Source: a bacterium (GTDB lineage Bacteria; DUMJ01). Taken from it: 42,511 nucleotides of DNA. The position numbers were made by a program, and so were the translations under genes. Positions 9,480-19,500 of this stretch are shown piece after piece. The stretch is taken from contig JBMFMV010000008.1 of assembly GCA_049970495.1 (NCBI GenBank), positions 1 through 42,511 on the forward strand. The letters are read 5' to 3'. Numbering within the stretch: position 1 is the stretch's first letter; each line of letters begins with the position of its first letter. Below the pieces are notes generated by a model. That model was not told the origin of the DNA. It was given only the letters and a program-made list of their open reading frames with translations, and made no database searches.

Positions 9480-11108
9480 TTATACTACTATAGTTTTGTA
9501 ATTTGTGTAGAAGACACTTCCCCTTCTCTTCCCTGCACTACGGACGTTCCTTCTATATGTATAATCTACAGGGACCTTTGTCCCATTCCTTGCCTTACTA
9601 TGTTCTGCCGCTAGACGGGCACATTCTAAGATAACCTCGTTTGGTATATATTCTAGTGTCTTTCCATTTGTTCTTAATATAACATGAGAACCACTATAAC
9701 CTTTGGCATGAAACCAGATATCCGAAGGGGACGATAGTTTAAATGTGATTAACTCATTTGACCTAGCATTTTTACCAACCCAGATCTTATATCCCTTAAA
9801 GTCATAGACTAGATATGGAAGAGAGTTATCCTCTTCTTTTTTTGTCTTTTCGTTCTCTAGTTCTTCTACAGTAGAAGTACTCTCTATCTCTTTCATCCTC
9901 TCTTGAAGAGATTCTATCTTCTTATCTATTTCTAATATAAGTTCAGGGACAATTTCTTTTTCTCTTTTTTCTCTCTTATACCTCTGATAATACTCCTGAG
10001 CATTCTCTATTGGAGTCTTACTAGGGTCTAGCGGAATCTCTAGCTTCTTACCTTCCCAATCTATTATAAATCTGTCTTCTCCAACAGGGATCTGTGAACT
10101 GTATGTGAGTAACATATCACCATAAAGTTTCCATTTTTCTGAGTCTTTAAGATTGGAAAAATCCCTTAACAGTTCTTCCTTTTTCTCTTTTAGAGCCTCA
10201 ATCTCGGTAATTATCTCCTTTATAATACTTTTTTTCCTATTTTCTAGGAATAGATGGGGTATAATCCAGCTATAGTATCTTGCGCATGCAGATATAACAA
10301 ATTCATACTCTTCATAATTATCTGTTTTATAGCTTAGGGGGAATATATAATAACTCTCAGGATTACCATCTTCATCTAGGTACACCACTGGTTTTATTTT
10401 TTCTAGGCTTGCCCTAAAAGATTTAATTGCATCTTTTAATTTGTCCAATTCCTTAGAATTCAGAGAAGACATTTTATTATTTTTGTCTAAATTTGCTCTA
10501 GTACATATCTCTTCAATAGTTAAGGGAGTTATTCCTGTAATATTTTTTATAAGAAATTCTTCAACTGTTATTTCTAGAGGTCTTACATAATCTTCTAGGT
10601 GATTAAAAGGAGGTACCTCCTTGCGTGGTGGATATATGTATGGGAGTCCAGGTAAGACCTGTCTAACTCTACTCTTTGTAGGATCTATACGTTTTATCGC
10701 ATCTATAATGGTATCTTCCTTACAAAGGATTATATTACTATGTTTCCCCATAATCTCTACAATAAGTCTTCTCTTTTCGATTTCTCTCCACAGGGTAATC
10801 TTCTCAAAGATAAATTCTACTATCCTCTCAGAAGGAACCTGCTCAATTAGAGCCAATTTACTACTTTCTAGATGCATATTTAGAGTGTTTGAAAAGGAAG
10901 TCCTTATAGGTTTAAGTGATAGTTCATTATCTAAATAGACTCTAGGGAACTGGCTAGATGCGGAAAGTATAAGGTGGATAATTCCTTCTTTTTTGCTAAG
11001 GCTTATAGCTACCGTGTTATCAGGAAGACTATATATATCTCTAATGGTAGTTCCTATAACTATCTCTTTTAGTTCTTTAACTACTTTTTCAAGGACAAAG
11101 ATGTCCAT
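9480..11108 (-). CDS. rqcH: Ribosome quality-control protein RqcH (NFACT/FbpA family)
   Basis: MD start, ERIV, LIVEIMGKHSNIIL, RQVLPGLPYIYPP, ENAQEYY, coiled coil, VGKNARSNE, WFHAKGYSGSHV, VDYT. Confidence 0.92.
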   Translation of the reverse strand: MDIFVLEKVVKELKEIVIGTTIRDIYSLPDNTVAISLSKKEGIIHLILSASSQFPRVYLDNELSLKPIRTSFSNTLNMHLESSKLALIEQVPSERIVEFIFEKITLWREIEKRRLIVEIMGKHSNIILCKEDTIIDAIKRIDPTKSRVRQVLPGLPYIYPPRKEVPPFNHLEDYVRPLEITVEEFLIKNITGITPLTIEEICTRANLDKNNKMSSLNSKELDKLKDAIKSFRASLEKIKPVVYLDEDGNPESYYIFPLSYKTDNYEEYEFVISACARYYSWIIPHLFLENRKKSIIKEIITEIEALKEKKEELLRDFSNLKDSEKWKLYGDMLLTYSSQIPVGEDRFIIDWEGKKLEIPLDPSKTPIENAQEYYQRYKREKREKEIVPELILEIDKKIESLQERMKEIESTSTVEELENEKTKKEEDNSLPYLVYDFKGYKIWVGKNARSNELITFKLSSPSDIWFHAKGYSGSHVILRTNGKTLEYIPNEVILECARLAAEHSKARNGTKVPVDYTYRRNVRSAGKRRGSVFYTNYKTIVV

Positions 11109-11142
11109 AAATTAGCAACCTCTTTATATAAAGAATACTTTT

Positions 11143-11151
11143 TGATATAAT
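11143..11151 (+). promoter_or_regulatory. Extended -10 promoter (TGaTATAAT) for the gmk-pil operon
   Basis: TG-N-TATAAT 30 nt upstream of the gmk ATG in a 73-bp divergent gap. Confidence 0.55.
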
Positions 11152-11181
11152 ATCACAAAAAGTGAGAATAACTCAAAGGGT

Positions 11182-11790
11182 ATGATTTCGAAAAAAGAGG
11201 GGATACTGTTTATAGTCTCTGGTCCTTCTGGTGTAGGAAAAGGGACAGTAATAAGTGAGGTACTTAAAATAGTTCCAGATATAAATCTATCTATATCCTA
11301 TACTACTAGGACACCAAGGAAAAATGAAACCAATGGTAAAGAATACTTCTTCGTCAGTGAGGAAGAATTTAATCATATGATAGAAAGAGGAGAGTTCTTG
11401 GAGTGGGCTAGAGTTCACGGTAATCTCTACGGTACACCGAGGAGATATATCGAAGAGAAACTGAAAAACCGTGAAGATGTTATCTTAGAGATAGATACAC
11501 AGGGGGCAAGACAGGTAAAGAAAGTCTTCCCTAATGGTGTGTTTATCTTTATACTGCCACCTTCCATGGATGAACTTTTGAAAAGACTATGTATGAGGGG
11601 TACTGAAAGTGAAGATGATATTAAGCTGAGATTAAATAATGCAAAAGAAGAGCTTAGAGAGTGGGAGTGGTATAATTATACTGTGGTAAATGAATCGATA
11701 TCGCTTACGGGAGAGATAATCGCCTCTATTATAAAAGCTGAGAGGCATAAGACCTCAAGGTTAAAATGGGATGATAACAGGTTATGGTGA
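11182..11790 (+). CDS. gmk: Guanylate kinase
   Basis: SGPSGVGKGT P-loop, SYTTRTPR, EYFFVS, YGTP, ILEIDTQGA, LPPS. Confidence 0.97.
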   Translation: MISKKEGILFIVSGPSGVGKGTVISEVLKIVPDINLSISYTTRTPRKNETNGKEYFFVSEEEFNHMIERGEFLEWARVHGNLYGTPRRYIEEKLKNREDVILEIDTQGARQVKKVFPNGVFIFILPPSMDELLKRLCMRGTESEDDIKLRLNNAKEELREWEWYNYTVVNESISLTGEIIASIIKAERHKTSRLKWDDNRLW

Positions 11791-13454
11791 GTCAGAAGAA
11801 AAAAATTGGTGATATCTTTATAGAGAAAGGACTTATTAATGAAGAAACTCTTAAGAAAGCTTTAGATATCCAAGGGAAAACAGGGGAGAAGTTGGGAGAG
11901 ATACTCTTAAAGATGGGATTAATCACTGAAGAAGATCTCTATTCTGCTCTCTCAGAGATCTATAATGTCCCTTATGTGAATCTAGAAGATATATCTATTG
12001 ATCCTGAAGTTGTCAAACTTGTTCCAGAACATATAAGTAGACGTTATAAACTTATCCCTATAAAATTAAATGGAGATAAGATAGTAGTGGCAATGTCAAA
12101 CCCTGTAAATATATATGCCCTTGATGATGTAAGGATAATAACAGGTAGAGAAGTCGAACCTGTCATTGCATCAGAGGGACAGATAAATCAAGCATTGGAC
12201 AAGATATACACTATCCAGAAAGGCTTAGAGGAAACCCTTTTAAATATAGCTCCAGAGGAAGAAGAAACGGAAACCACTGTAGAGGTGCTAGAAGATGAAG
12301 CCCCTGTTGTAAGGCTAGTTAATCTTACTATTACACAGGCAGTTCAGGAAGGTGCTAGCGATATACATATAGAACCAACAGAGAGTGATGTAAAGGTAAG
12401 GTTTAGAGTAGATGGTGTCCTATACGATGTGATGTCTCCCCCAAAGAAGATCTTCCCTACCCTAGTAGCTAGGATAAAGATCTTAGCAAATATGGATATA
12501 GCAGAGAGAAGACTTCCTCAGGATGGTAGGTTTAGAGTAACATCTCAAGGCAAGATAATAGATTTTCGTGTCTCGACACTTCCTACGATTCATGGAGAAA
12601 AGATAGTATTAAGACTTTTAGATAGGTCTGCTCCACTTATTGGACTTGAGAAACTTGGATTTACTGAAGAGGTCCTGAAAAAATTCGATTGGCTTATACA
12701 GAGACCTTATGGCATGATACTAGTAACGGGTCCTACAGGAAGTGGGAAGACAACTACTCTATATTCTGCATTAGCAAAGATAAATACACCGGAAAAGAAC
12801 ATTATCACTGTGGAAGACCCTGTCGAATACCAATTTCCAAGGATAAATCAGGTTCAAGTAAATACTAAAGTGGGTCTTACATTTGCCAGTGGATTGAGAA
12901 GTATTCTTAGACAAGACCCAGACATAATTATGATTGGTGAGATAAGAGACAGAGAAACTGCAGAAATAGCAGTCCAGGCTGCTCTTACAGGGCACCTTGT
13001 ATTAAGTACAATCCATACAAATGATTCTGCAGGTGCTATAGCAAGGTTAATGGATATGGGGATAGAGCCATTCTTAATCTCGTCCTCAGTTATTGGTATT
13101 CTTGCCCAAAGGTTAGCTAGAAGGATATGCTCAAGATGTAAAGTCCCTAAGCAACCTACCGAAGAAGAAATGAAAGTATTGATGCTAGGTGAGAATGACA
13201 TTCTATATGAAGGTAAAGGTTGTGAGGCTTGTAGACATACAGGTTATAAAGGAAGGATAGGAATATTCGAATTACTAATCATAGATGATGAGATAAGGTC
13301 TATGATAGTAGACAAAATCCCTGCTAATATGATAAGGGAGACTGTGGTCAAAAAGGGAATGAAAACTCTCTGGGAGGATGCTAAGTTAAAGGTAAAGAAT
13401 GGAATAACTACTTATAGTGAGATATTAAGAACGGTTTATGCGGGAGGATTATGA
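11784..13454 (+). CDS. pilB: Type IV pilus assembly ATPase (PilB/GspE family)
   Basis: N-terminal IG../KLGEILLKMG (MshEN-like), ASDIHIEP, RRLPQDGR, GPTGSGKTTTLY, TVEDPVE, LRQDPD, Zn-binding CxxC pairs. Confidence 0.93.
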   Translation: MVSQKKKIGDIFIEKGLINEETLKKALDIQGKTGEKLGEILLKMGLITEEDLYSALSEIYNVPYVNLEDISIDPEVVKLVPEHISRRYKLIPIKLNGDKIVVAMSNPVNIYALDDVRIITGREVEPVIASEGQINQALDKIYTIQKGLEETLLNIAPEEEETETTVEVLEDEAPVVRLVNLTITQAVQEGASDIHIEPTESDVKVRFRVDGVLYDVMSPPKKIFPTLVARIKILANMDIAERRLPQDGRFRVTSQGKIIDFRVSTLPTIHGEKIVLRLLDRSAPLIGLEKLGFTEEVLKKFDWLIQRPYGMILVTGPTGSGKTTTLYSALAKINTPEKNIITVEDPVEYQFPRINQVQVNTKVGLTFASGLRSILRQDPDIIMIGEIRDRETAEIAVQAALTGHLVLSTIHTNDSAGAIARLMDMGIEPFLISSSVIGILAQRLARRICSRCKVPKQPTEEEMKVLMLGENDILYEGKGCEACRHTGYKGRIGIFELLIIDDEIRSMIVDKIPANMIRETVVKKGMKTLWEDAKLKVKNGITTYSEILRTVYAGGL

Positions 13455-14542
13455 ATATAGAGGAATTGCTCAAGCTTTTATATGAGAGAAATGCATCTGA
13501 CCTCCATCTAACTGTTGGGGTCCCCCCAATCTTAAGGATCTATGGAAGACTTATTAGGACGGAGTTCCCAAGACTTACTCCAGACGATACGAAAGCCTTA
13601 GCATACTCTTTGATGAGTCCAGAACAGAGATCAAAATTTGAACAAAATAAAGAGTTAGATTTTTCTTATGGATTAGTGGGGGTAGGGAGGTTTAGAATAA
13701 ACATATTCTATCAGAGAGGATCTATAGGATTAGCTATAAGGAGTATACCTTATAGAATCCCTAAACTCGATGAGCTTGGTTTACCCCCTATATTAGCTGA
13801 ACTAACTAAAAAGCCAAAGGGGCTAATCCTAGTTACAGGTCCAACCGGAAGTGGTAAATCGACAACTCTCGCTTCTATGATAGACTTGATAAATGAAACT
13901 CGTGACTGTCATATAGTAACGATAGAGGACCCTATAGAGTATATGTTTACACATAAGAAAAGTATAGTAAATCAGAGAGAGGTAGGTAGTGATACGCTCT
14001 CTTTTGCCAATGCTCTTAGGGCTGTCTTGAGAGAAGACCCAGATGTAATACTTATAGGAGAGATGAGAGACTTGGAGACTATACAAGCTGCTATAACTGC
14101 TGCTGAAACAGGGCACTTAGTCCTTGCGACTCTGCATACAAATAGTGCAGCTCAGACTGTTGAAAGGATAATAGATGTCTTTCCTCCTCACCAGCAGGAG
14201 CAGATAAAATTGCAATTGAGTAATACTATTGAGGCTATAATATCTCAAAGGCTCCTACCTCGGAAGAAAGAAAGGACTTTAAGTGATGGGATGCTTAGAG
14301 GAAGAGTAGTAGCCGTAGAGATTCTTGTAGCAACGCCTGCGGTAAGGAACCTTATAAGAGAAGGAAAGGTTCATATGATACCTAATCTTATCCAAACTGG
14401 AAGTCAATTTGGCATGATAAGTATGGACCAATCTCTACTTGCCTTATACAAGAGTGGAGAAATAACACTAGATGACTTACTATATAATGTTACAAACAGA
14501 GAAGAGATACAGAGAGTCATAGGGGGAACAGTCAGGATATGA
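13451..14542 (+). CDS. pilT: Type IV pilus retraction ATPase
   Basis: ASDLHL, GPTGSGKSTTLA, TIEDPIE, LREDPD, AETGHLV, AVRNLIRE motif. Confidence 0.95.
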   Translation: MNIEELLKLLYERNASDLHLTVGVPPILRIYGRLIRTEFPRLTPDDTKALAYSLMSPEQRSKFEQNKELDFSYGLVGVGRFRINIFYQRGSIGLAIRSIPYRIPKLDELGLPPILAELTKKPKGLILVTGPTGSGKSTTLASMIDLINETRDCHIVTIEDPIEYMFTHKKSIVNQREVGSDTLSFANALRAVLREDPDVILIGEMRDLETIQAAITAAETGHLVLATLHTNSAAQTVERIIDVFPPHQQEQIKLQLSNTIEAIISQRLLPRKKERTLSDGMLRGRVVAVEILVATPAVRNLIREGKVHMIPNLIQTGSQFGMISMDQSLLALYKSGEITLDDLLYNVTNREEIQRVIGGTVRI

Positions 14543-15756
14543 GAGAATTTGTATATAGGGCCAGAGAGAAAAGGACAGGACAATGGAAAGATGGAGTTAT
14601 TATTGCCGAAGATGAGAATACCGTTATAAGAAGATTACAAGAACAAAATCTCGTAGTGGTATCTCTTAGGGAGAAGAAGTCTTATTTTGATATAAATAGA
14701 TTTTTAATAAACCTACAGAGGATCTCTCTTAGAGATTTAGTGGTATTTACCAGGCAGTTTGCTACTATGATAAGAGCAGGGGTTGCACTAGTTAGGGCGT
14801 TAGGAATCCTTTTACAAGAGACTAGAAATCCCAAGTTAAAGCTAGCTCTAGAAGATATAAGGAGAGAGGTAGAGTCTGGCACAGCGTTATCTCAGGCATT
14901 AGCTAAACATAGAGATATATTCCCTAGATTATATATAAGCCTAATTAGGGTTGGAGAGACTGGTGGAATACTTGATGTAATGTTTGATAGACTTGCTACA
15001 TATTACGAAAAAAACGAAGAGATAACTAGAAAGATAAAGAGCGCAGCAGCATATCCTATAGCTATTGTAGTATTAGCTGTAATTATGGTAATATTTTTGC
15101 TTACTTATGTGCTCCCTACGTTTTTGAATCTTTTGTTATCCTTTGAGGCTCCAATCCCTCTTCCTACTAGGATAGTAATGGGGGCAAGTAGTACGCTTAG
15201 GAATTATTGGTATGTAATCTTTTCAATAATCTTAGTTCTATACCTTTTATTTAGGTTGATCACCTCTAAACCAAAAGGAAAAGAGCTTTGGGATAAACTT
15301 ATACTTAAGATTCCAATAATAGGCAGGATACAGAAATTGATGATTCTCTCTAGGCTTTGTCATACATTAAGTATTCTTATCTCTGGCGGTGTACCTATAA
15401 TAACTGCTCTTGATGTGGTAAGAGAAACCCTTGACAGAGTTCCATATATGAATGCTATAGAAGATGCTAGGAGAAGGATCTCTGAGGGAGAACAGCTATC
15501 CTCTACTTTTATAAAAAGTGACCTATTTCCTCCTATGCTCGGATATATGACGGCAGTAGGTGAAGAGAGCGGCTTAGTAGACGAGATGCTCAATAGAGTT
15601 GGTGTATACTACGATGGAGAACTTGATGCTATGATTACAACCCTTACTTCTCTTCTAGAACCTATTCTTATCGTCTTTGTTGGTGGGATAGTTGGTTTTA
15701 TAGTAATAGCGATGTATATGCCTATATTTCAGATTATACAGACCCTTAGTAGATGA
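14539..15756 (+). CDS. pilC: Type IV pilus inner-membrane platform protein (PilC/GspF)
   Basis: FTRQFATMIRAGV, GETGGILD, AYP, GEESG, LEP; three hydrophobic segments; follows pilB-pilT. Confidence 0.94.
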   Translation: MREFVYRAREKRTGQWKDGVIIAEDENTVIRRLQEQNLVVVSLREKKSYFDINRFLINLQRISLRDLVVFTRQFATMIRAGVALVRALGILLQETRNPKLKLALEDIRREVESGTALSQALAKHRDIFPRLYISLIRVGETGGILDVMFDRLATYYEKNEEITRKIKSAAAYPIAIVVLAVIMVIFLLTYVLPTFLNLLLSFEAPIPLPTRIVMGASSTLRNYWYVIFSIILVLYLLFRLITSKPKGKELWDKLILKIPIIGRIQKLMILSRLCHTLSILISGGVPIITALDVVRETLDRVPYMNAIEDARRRISEGEQLSSTFIKSDLFPPMLGYMTAVGEESGLVDEMLNRVGVYYDGELDAMITTLTSLLEPILIVFVGGIVGFIVIAMYMPIFQIIQTLSR

Positions 15757-15768
15757 ACATCCTACAGT

Positions 15769-16521
15769 ATGATTGAACTCCCTTTAGATATCTCTCCTTT
15801 TAGAAGAGTTATTATCTTAGAGAATGCTTCTTCAACTATGGATGTAGCATTTAAACTGGCAAAGCTAGGTGAAAGGAATATAGTAGTCTTAGCCAATAAT
15901 CAATGGGCAGGAAGAGGGAAGGACTATAGAGTCTGGTTCTCTGATGATACTTCTTTGTCTTTTTCGATAATAATCGATGGGGAGACCTTAAGGAGGAAGC
16001 AACTTGTAACTATCCTAGCTGGTATAATAGTTAGAAATGGTATAATTTCATATTTGGCAGTCCCTGTAAGCCTAAAATGGCCTAATGATATTACATTTAA
16101 AGGGAAAAAACTTGGTGGTATACTGGGTGAAAGTTTTGATGATTTTGTAATAGTAGGTATTGGCATAAATGTAAACACAGTAAAATTTCCCACCTATCTA
16201 TCAAATGCTATATCTTTAAAGGAGATATTGGGAAAAGAGATAGATAAGATGGAGCTTTTGAGAAGTATTCTGGAAGAATTCTCTAGAAACTATGATTTAT
16301 TTATAAGTGGGAGTGAGATACTAATCAAAGAGTGGAAGAAGGCTTGCAGTATGATAGGTGAAAGGGTAAAAATTAGGAGTTATAATGATATAATAGAAGG
16401 TGTTATAAGCGATATATCTCTCGATGGTACACTCATAATTACTATAGGGGGTCGAAAGAGAAAGGTGTATTCGACAGATGAGCTAATCCTAGAAGAAAAT
16501 TTAAGAACAGTCTGGAGGTAA
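15769..16521 (+). CDS. birA: Biotin-protein ligase without N-terminal HTH (group I)
   Basis: STMD, QWAGRG...RVW, LKWPND, KKLGGIL, GIGINV. Confidence 0.9.
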   Translation: MIELPLDISPFRRVIILENASSTMDVAFKLAKLGERNIVVLANNQWAGRGKDYRVWFSDDTSLSFSIIIDGETLRRKQLVTILAGIIVRNGIISYLAVPVSLKWPNDITFKGKKLGGILGESFDDFVIVGIGINVNTVKFPTYLSNAISLKEILGKEIDKMELLRSILEEFSRNYDLFISGSEILIKEWKKACSMIGERVKIRSYNDIIEGVISDISLDGTLIITIGGRKRKVYSTDELILEENLRTVWR

Positions 16522-16525
16522 GATT

Positions 16526-17338
16526 ATGAAAGAATATCTAAGACTATCTGAAAGCGATCTAATTTTTATGGTAGAGACATTATCTCCAGATTTAATAGAT
16601 AAGATAGATACGATAAGAGATGACGAAGAGATACTAACGGGAATGCTAGAGGATCCTAGACTCTTTGCTAGGGTAATGAGTGATGACGAAATAATGCTAA
16701 GGATATCTCCTAAACTCTTCTTTACCATACTTCTCATGAAGGCAAGGCTCGATTTAAATAGAGAATTTTATACTATGGAGAGAGATAGGTATCACAAGAT
16801 CCCAGTATTCGATATAGAAAAGGTAAGAGAACTAATAAATGAAGACGATATACTTAATTATTTGATAAATATGCTTGTATCATTTACAAGGACAGAGAGT
16901 CAGACTATCTACTATGTAGTTAAAGGTAGAGGAGGACTTAGAAAGATAAAGTTCTCCGATATAGATGTGTTTGATATGATAAGACTAGCAGATATGTTAG
17001 ATGAAGATATGAGGTTTCCTGTTTATAAAAGGGTAGGTGATATATGTCTCTGGATTTTGGGTATATTCCCAGAGTATGTTACGCCCAGATCTTTTGTCCG
17101 TCAGAATTTGCCTATAAGGGTAGGTTTTAGATATAGGTTGAGTGTAGAAGAATATGAAGAACTTGGTAAGACCTTTTATAAACTTGCATCTAACTCTTAT
17201 GATGCAAAAATCTTTGGTCTGGATAGACCTCTTTCCATCCTTAGCGAGAATTTTACAATAGCAGAAAAACCGCTTAATCTTATATCTGAAAGGTATCTAG
17301 TATTCAGAAAGGATAAGTGGTTTATCTCTTTGAATTAG
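16526..17338 (+). CDS. Hypothetical protein, probably all-helical and cytoplasmic
   Basis: 270-aa ORF with GGAGG Shine-Dalgarno and genome-typical codon use; no family recognised. Confidence 0.75.
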   Translation: MKEYLRLSESDLIFMVETLSPDLIDKIDTIRDDEEILTGMLEDPRLFARVMSDDEIMLRISPKLFFTILLMKARLDLNREFYTMERDRYHKIPVFDIEKVRELINEDDILNYLINMLVSFTRTESQTIYYVVKGRGGLRKIKFSDIDVFDMIRLADMLDEDMRFPVYKRVGDICLWILGIFPEYVTPRSFVRQNLPIRVGFRYRLSVEEYEELGKTFYKLASNSYDAKIFGLDRPLSILSENFTIAEKPLNLISERYLVFRKDKWFISLN

Positions 17339-17352
17339 GAAGTTTTTGACTC

Positions 17353-17380
17353 TTGACATTTCTCTTTTAAGGACTATAAT
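17353..17380 (+). promoter_or_regulatory. Consensus sigma70 promoter for regulator-radical SAM-cupin operon
   Basis: TTGACA (17353-17358), 16 nt, TATAAT (17375-17380). Confidence 0.75.
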
Positions 17381-17413
17381 TTTATATAGAATTTTGGTTT
17401 TTTGGGAGGATAT

Positions 17414-18124
17414 ATGGGAATTACAGAAAGGAGAATAGAGTTTATAAGAGCACTTGATAAGTTATGTAAGGAATATGGCAGACCAGTACATTATTCTATG
17501 GTGGCAGAGAAACTTGGGGTTAGTAAGTGGACTGCTTATGACCTCCTTACTGCACTCAAAGATGATGGTTACGTAGAGTGTGTATACACCTTGAATGAGA
17601 GAGGAGGGAGAAGTACATTAGCATTTAGAGTTACATCTAAAGGGGAAGAATTAGTCTATAAAGATGAAAAGGTGAAGAACCTGGGTAAAATAACAGAAGA
17701 CTTGAGAAAACGTCTTAAAGTTCTAAATGGATTATCTATTAATGAGATCCTTCAGTCTGGTTTAAAAGAGATATCTTCTGCTAAATCTCCAATATTAAAG
17801 GCCCTCAATATAAGTGTTATACTCTTTATTATTAGCCAAAAATTGGCGGTAAATTGGGACAATATATCTTCAACTTATCAGACACTATCTAGGAGTATAG
17901 ACCCTCAGAGTGGGCTCTTAGGTCTAACAGCGCTTCTTATAGGGGTCATTGTAGCTAAGGCAGGATTAAATAAGTATAACAATATTATAAGTCCCAAGAT
18001 TAACTCTCTGCTAAATAGATATAAAGAACTACTCAGCGAATTATCTAATAAAGACAAAGAGATTCTTTTTGATATCACTAAAGAGATATATGGAGGAAAA
18101 TTTTTAATGAGAGAGGAGGAATAG
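17414..18124 (+). CDS. Winged-helix transcriptional regulator with hydrophobic C-terminal domain
   Basis: ATG 17414 follows GGAGG (better than TTG 17402). HTH VHYSMVAEKLGVSKWTAYDLLTALKDDGYV; two hydrophobic stretches in the C-terminal half. Confidence 0.8.
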   Translation: MGITERRIEFIRALDKLCKEYGRPVHYSMVAEKLGVSKWTAYDLLTALKDDGYVECVYTLNERGGRSTLAFRVTSKGEELVYKDEKVKNLGKITEDLRKRLKVLNGLSINEILQSGLKEISSAKSPILKALNISVILFIISQKLAVNWDNISSTYQTLSRSIDPQSGLLGLTALLIGVIVAKAGLNKYNNIISPKINSLLNRYKELLSELSNKDKEILFDITKEIYGGKFLMREEE

Positions 18125-18128
18125 GCTT

Positions 18129-19499
18129 ATGGCATTTTTTGATTTTGCTAAACGATATGTGGGGGGTTTTATTTTAGATGAGGGGTTAAATTACCTAGCT
18201 AAGAATCCTGAGCAAAACATAGAAAAGCTTATCAATCTAGCAAGAAGATTCGTCAAAACAGACTGGCACAAGGCACAGTTAGAGCAGGTTGCAAATTACT
18301 TACTCAATGATACTCCACAGAGGGAGTTTGCTATAAGACTGTTAAAAAATACCCATCCAAATGTTAGGTCTAAGATGTTTGTAGACTTCTTTGTCAATGC
18401 GGTATTTCTAGGAGTTCCTAGGCAGATGGAGATGAGCGAAAAGTTTGGTATTCATATTCCTTGGTTTATACTTATAGACCCAACAACTAGCTGTAATCTT
18501 AGATGTATCGGATGCTGGGCTGGTGAATATCAACAGCACTTCAGCCTAGGTAAAGACCTCATGGACAGAATAATAACTGAGGCAAAAGAGTTAGGTATCT
18601 ACTTTATAACTGTGTCAGGCGGAGAGCCATTCCTTAGTAAGGAGTTCTTAGAGGTTGCCGAGAAGCATGAGGATGTCCTATTCCATACTTATACTAATGG
18701 TACTCTGATAGATGAGAAGATGGCAAAGAAGATTGTAGAACTTGGTAATATAGCACCCGCTATAAGCATAGAGGGGTTTGAGAAAGAGACAGACGAGAGA
18801 CGTGGTAAAGGTGTATACGCTAAAGTGATGCGTGCCATGGATTTATTAAGAGAGAATGGGGCAATATTTGGATTTTCTGTCACCGCAACTCGTAAGAATG
18901 TTAATGTTATTACGAGCGATGAGTTTATAGACCACCTTATTAACAAGGGAGTAGCTTTTGGATGGGTATTTATGTATGTCCCTGTAGGGAGGGATCCGGA
19001 CTTTAGTCTTATGCTTACCCCAGAAGAAAGGGCTAAGGTAAGGACTGCGGTGCATCATTGGAGGGCGGATAAACCAGTCTTTGTTGCAGATTTCTGGAAC
19101 GATGGACCATACACTGGTGGATGTATTGCGGGTGGCAGAAACTACTTCCATATAAACGGTAAAGGCGATGTAGAGCCCTGTGCTTTTGTACACTTCTCCA
19201 TAGATAATATAAGAGATAAGAGTTTAGTCGAGATATTAAAGTCTCCATTGTTTACAGAATATCAGAAGCGAATCCCCTTCAATGAGAATCTTTTAAGGCC
19301 TTGTCCTTTGGTTGATAATCCTTGGGCTCTAAGAGAGATAGTGACTAAGGTTGGAGCAAAGTCTACCGATGGTGGTTCTGAGGCATTACTTACCCCTGAA
19401 TTAGCTGAGAAACTAGACGAATATGCTAATAGATGGGGTTCCATGGCAGATAGGATATGGGAGGAGAATTACGTAAAGAAGGAAGAAAAGGTGAAATAG
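18129..19499 (+). CDS. Radical SAM protein with SPASM/twitch-like C-terminus
   Basis: CNLRCIGC (CxxxCxxC), SGGEPF, YTNG, ISIEG; C-terminal GCIAGG..EPCAF..RPCP. Confidence 0.9.
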   Translation: MAFFDFAKRYVGGFILDEGLNYLAKNPEQNIEKLINLARRFVKTDWHKAQLEQVANYLLNDTPQREFAIRLLKNTHPNVRSKMFVDFFVNAVFLGVPRQMEMSEKFGIHIPWFILIDPTTSCNLRCIGCWAGEYQQHFSLGKDLMDRIITEAKELGIYFITVSGGEPFLSKEFLEVAEKHEDVLFHTYTNGTLIDEKMAKKIVELGNIAPAISIEGFEKETDERRGKGVYAKVMRAMDLLRENGAIFGFSVTATRKNVNVITSDEFIDHLINKGVAFGWVFMYVPVGRDPDFSLMLTPEERAKVRTAVHHWRADKPVFVADFWNDGPYTGGCIAGGRNYFHINGKGDVEPCAFVHFSIDNIRDKSLVEILKSPLFTEYQKRIPFNENLLRPCPLVDNPWALREIVTKVGAKSTDGGSEALLTPELAEKLDEYANRWGSMADRIWEENYVKKEEKVK

Positions 19500-19500
19500 T

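Noticed and set aside
18129..19499. Radical SAM as RiPP maturase
   Set aside because: No precursor ORF, PqqD/RRE, peptidase or exporter adjacent; incomplete SPASM Cys set.
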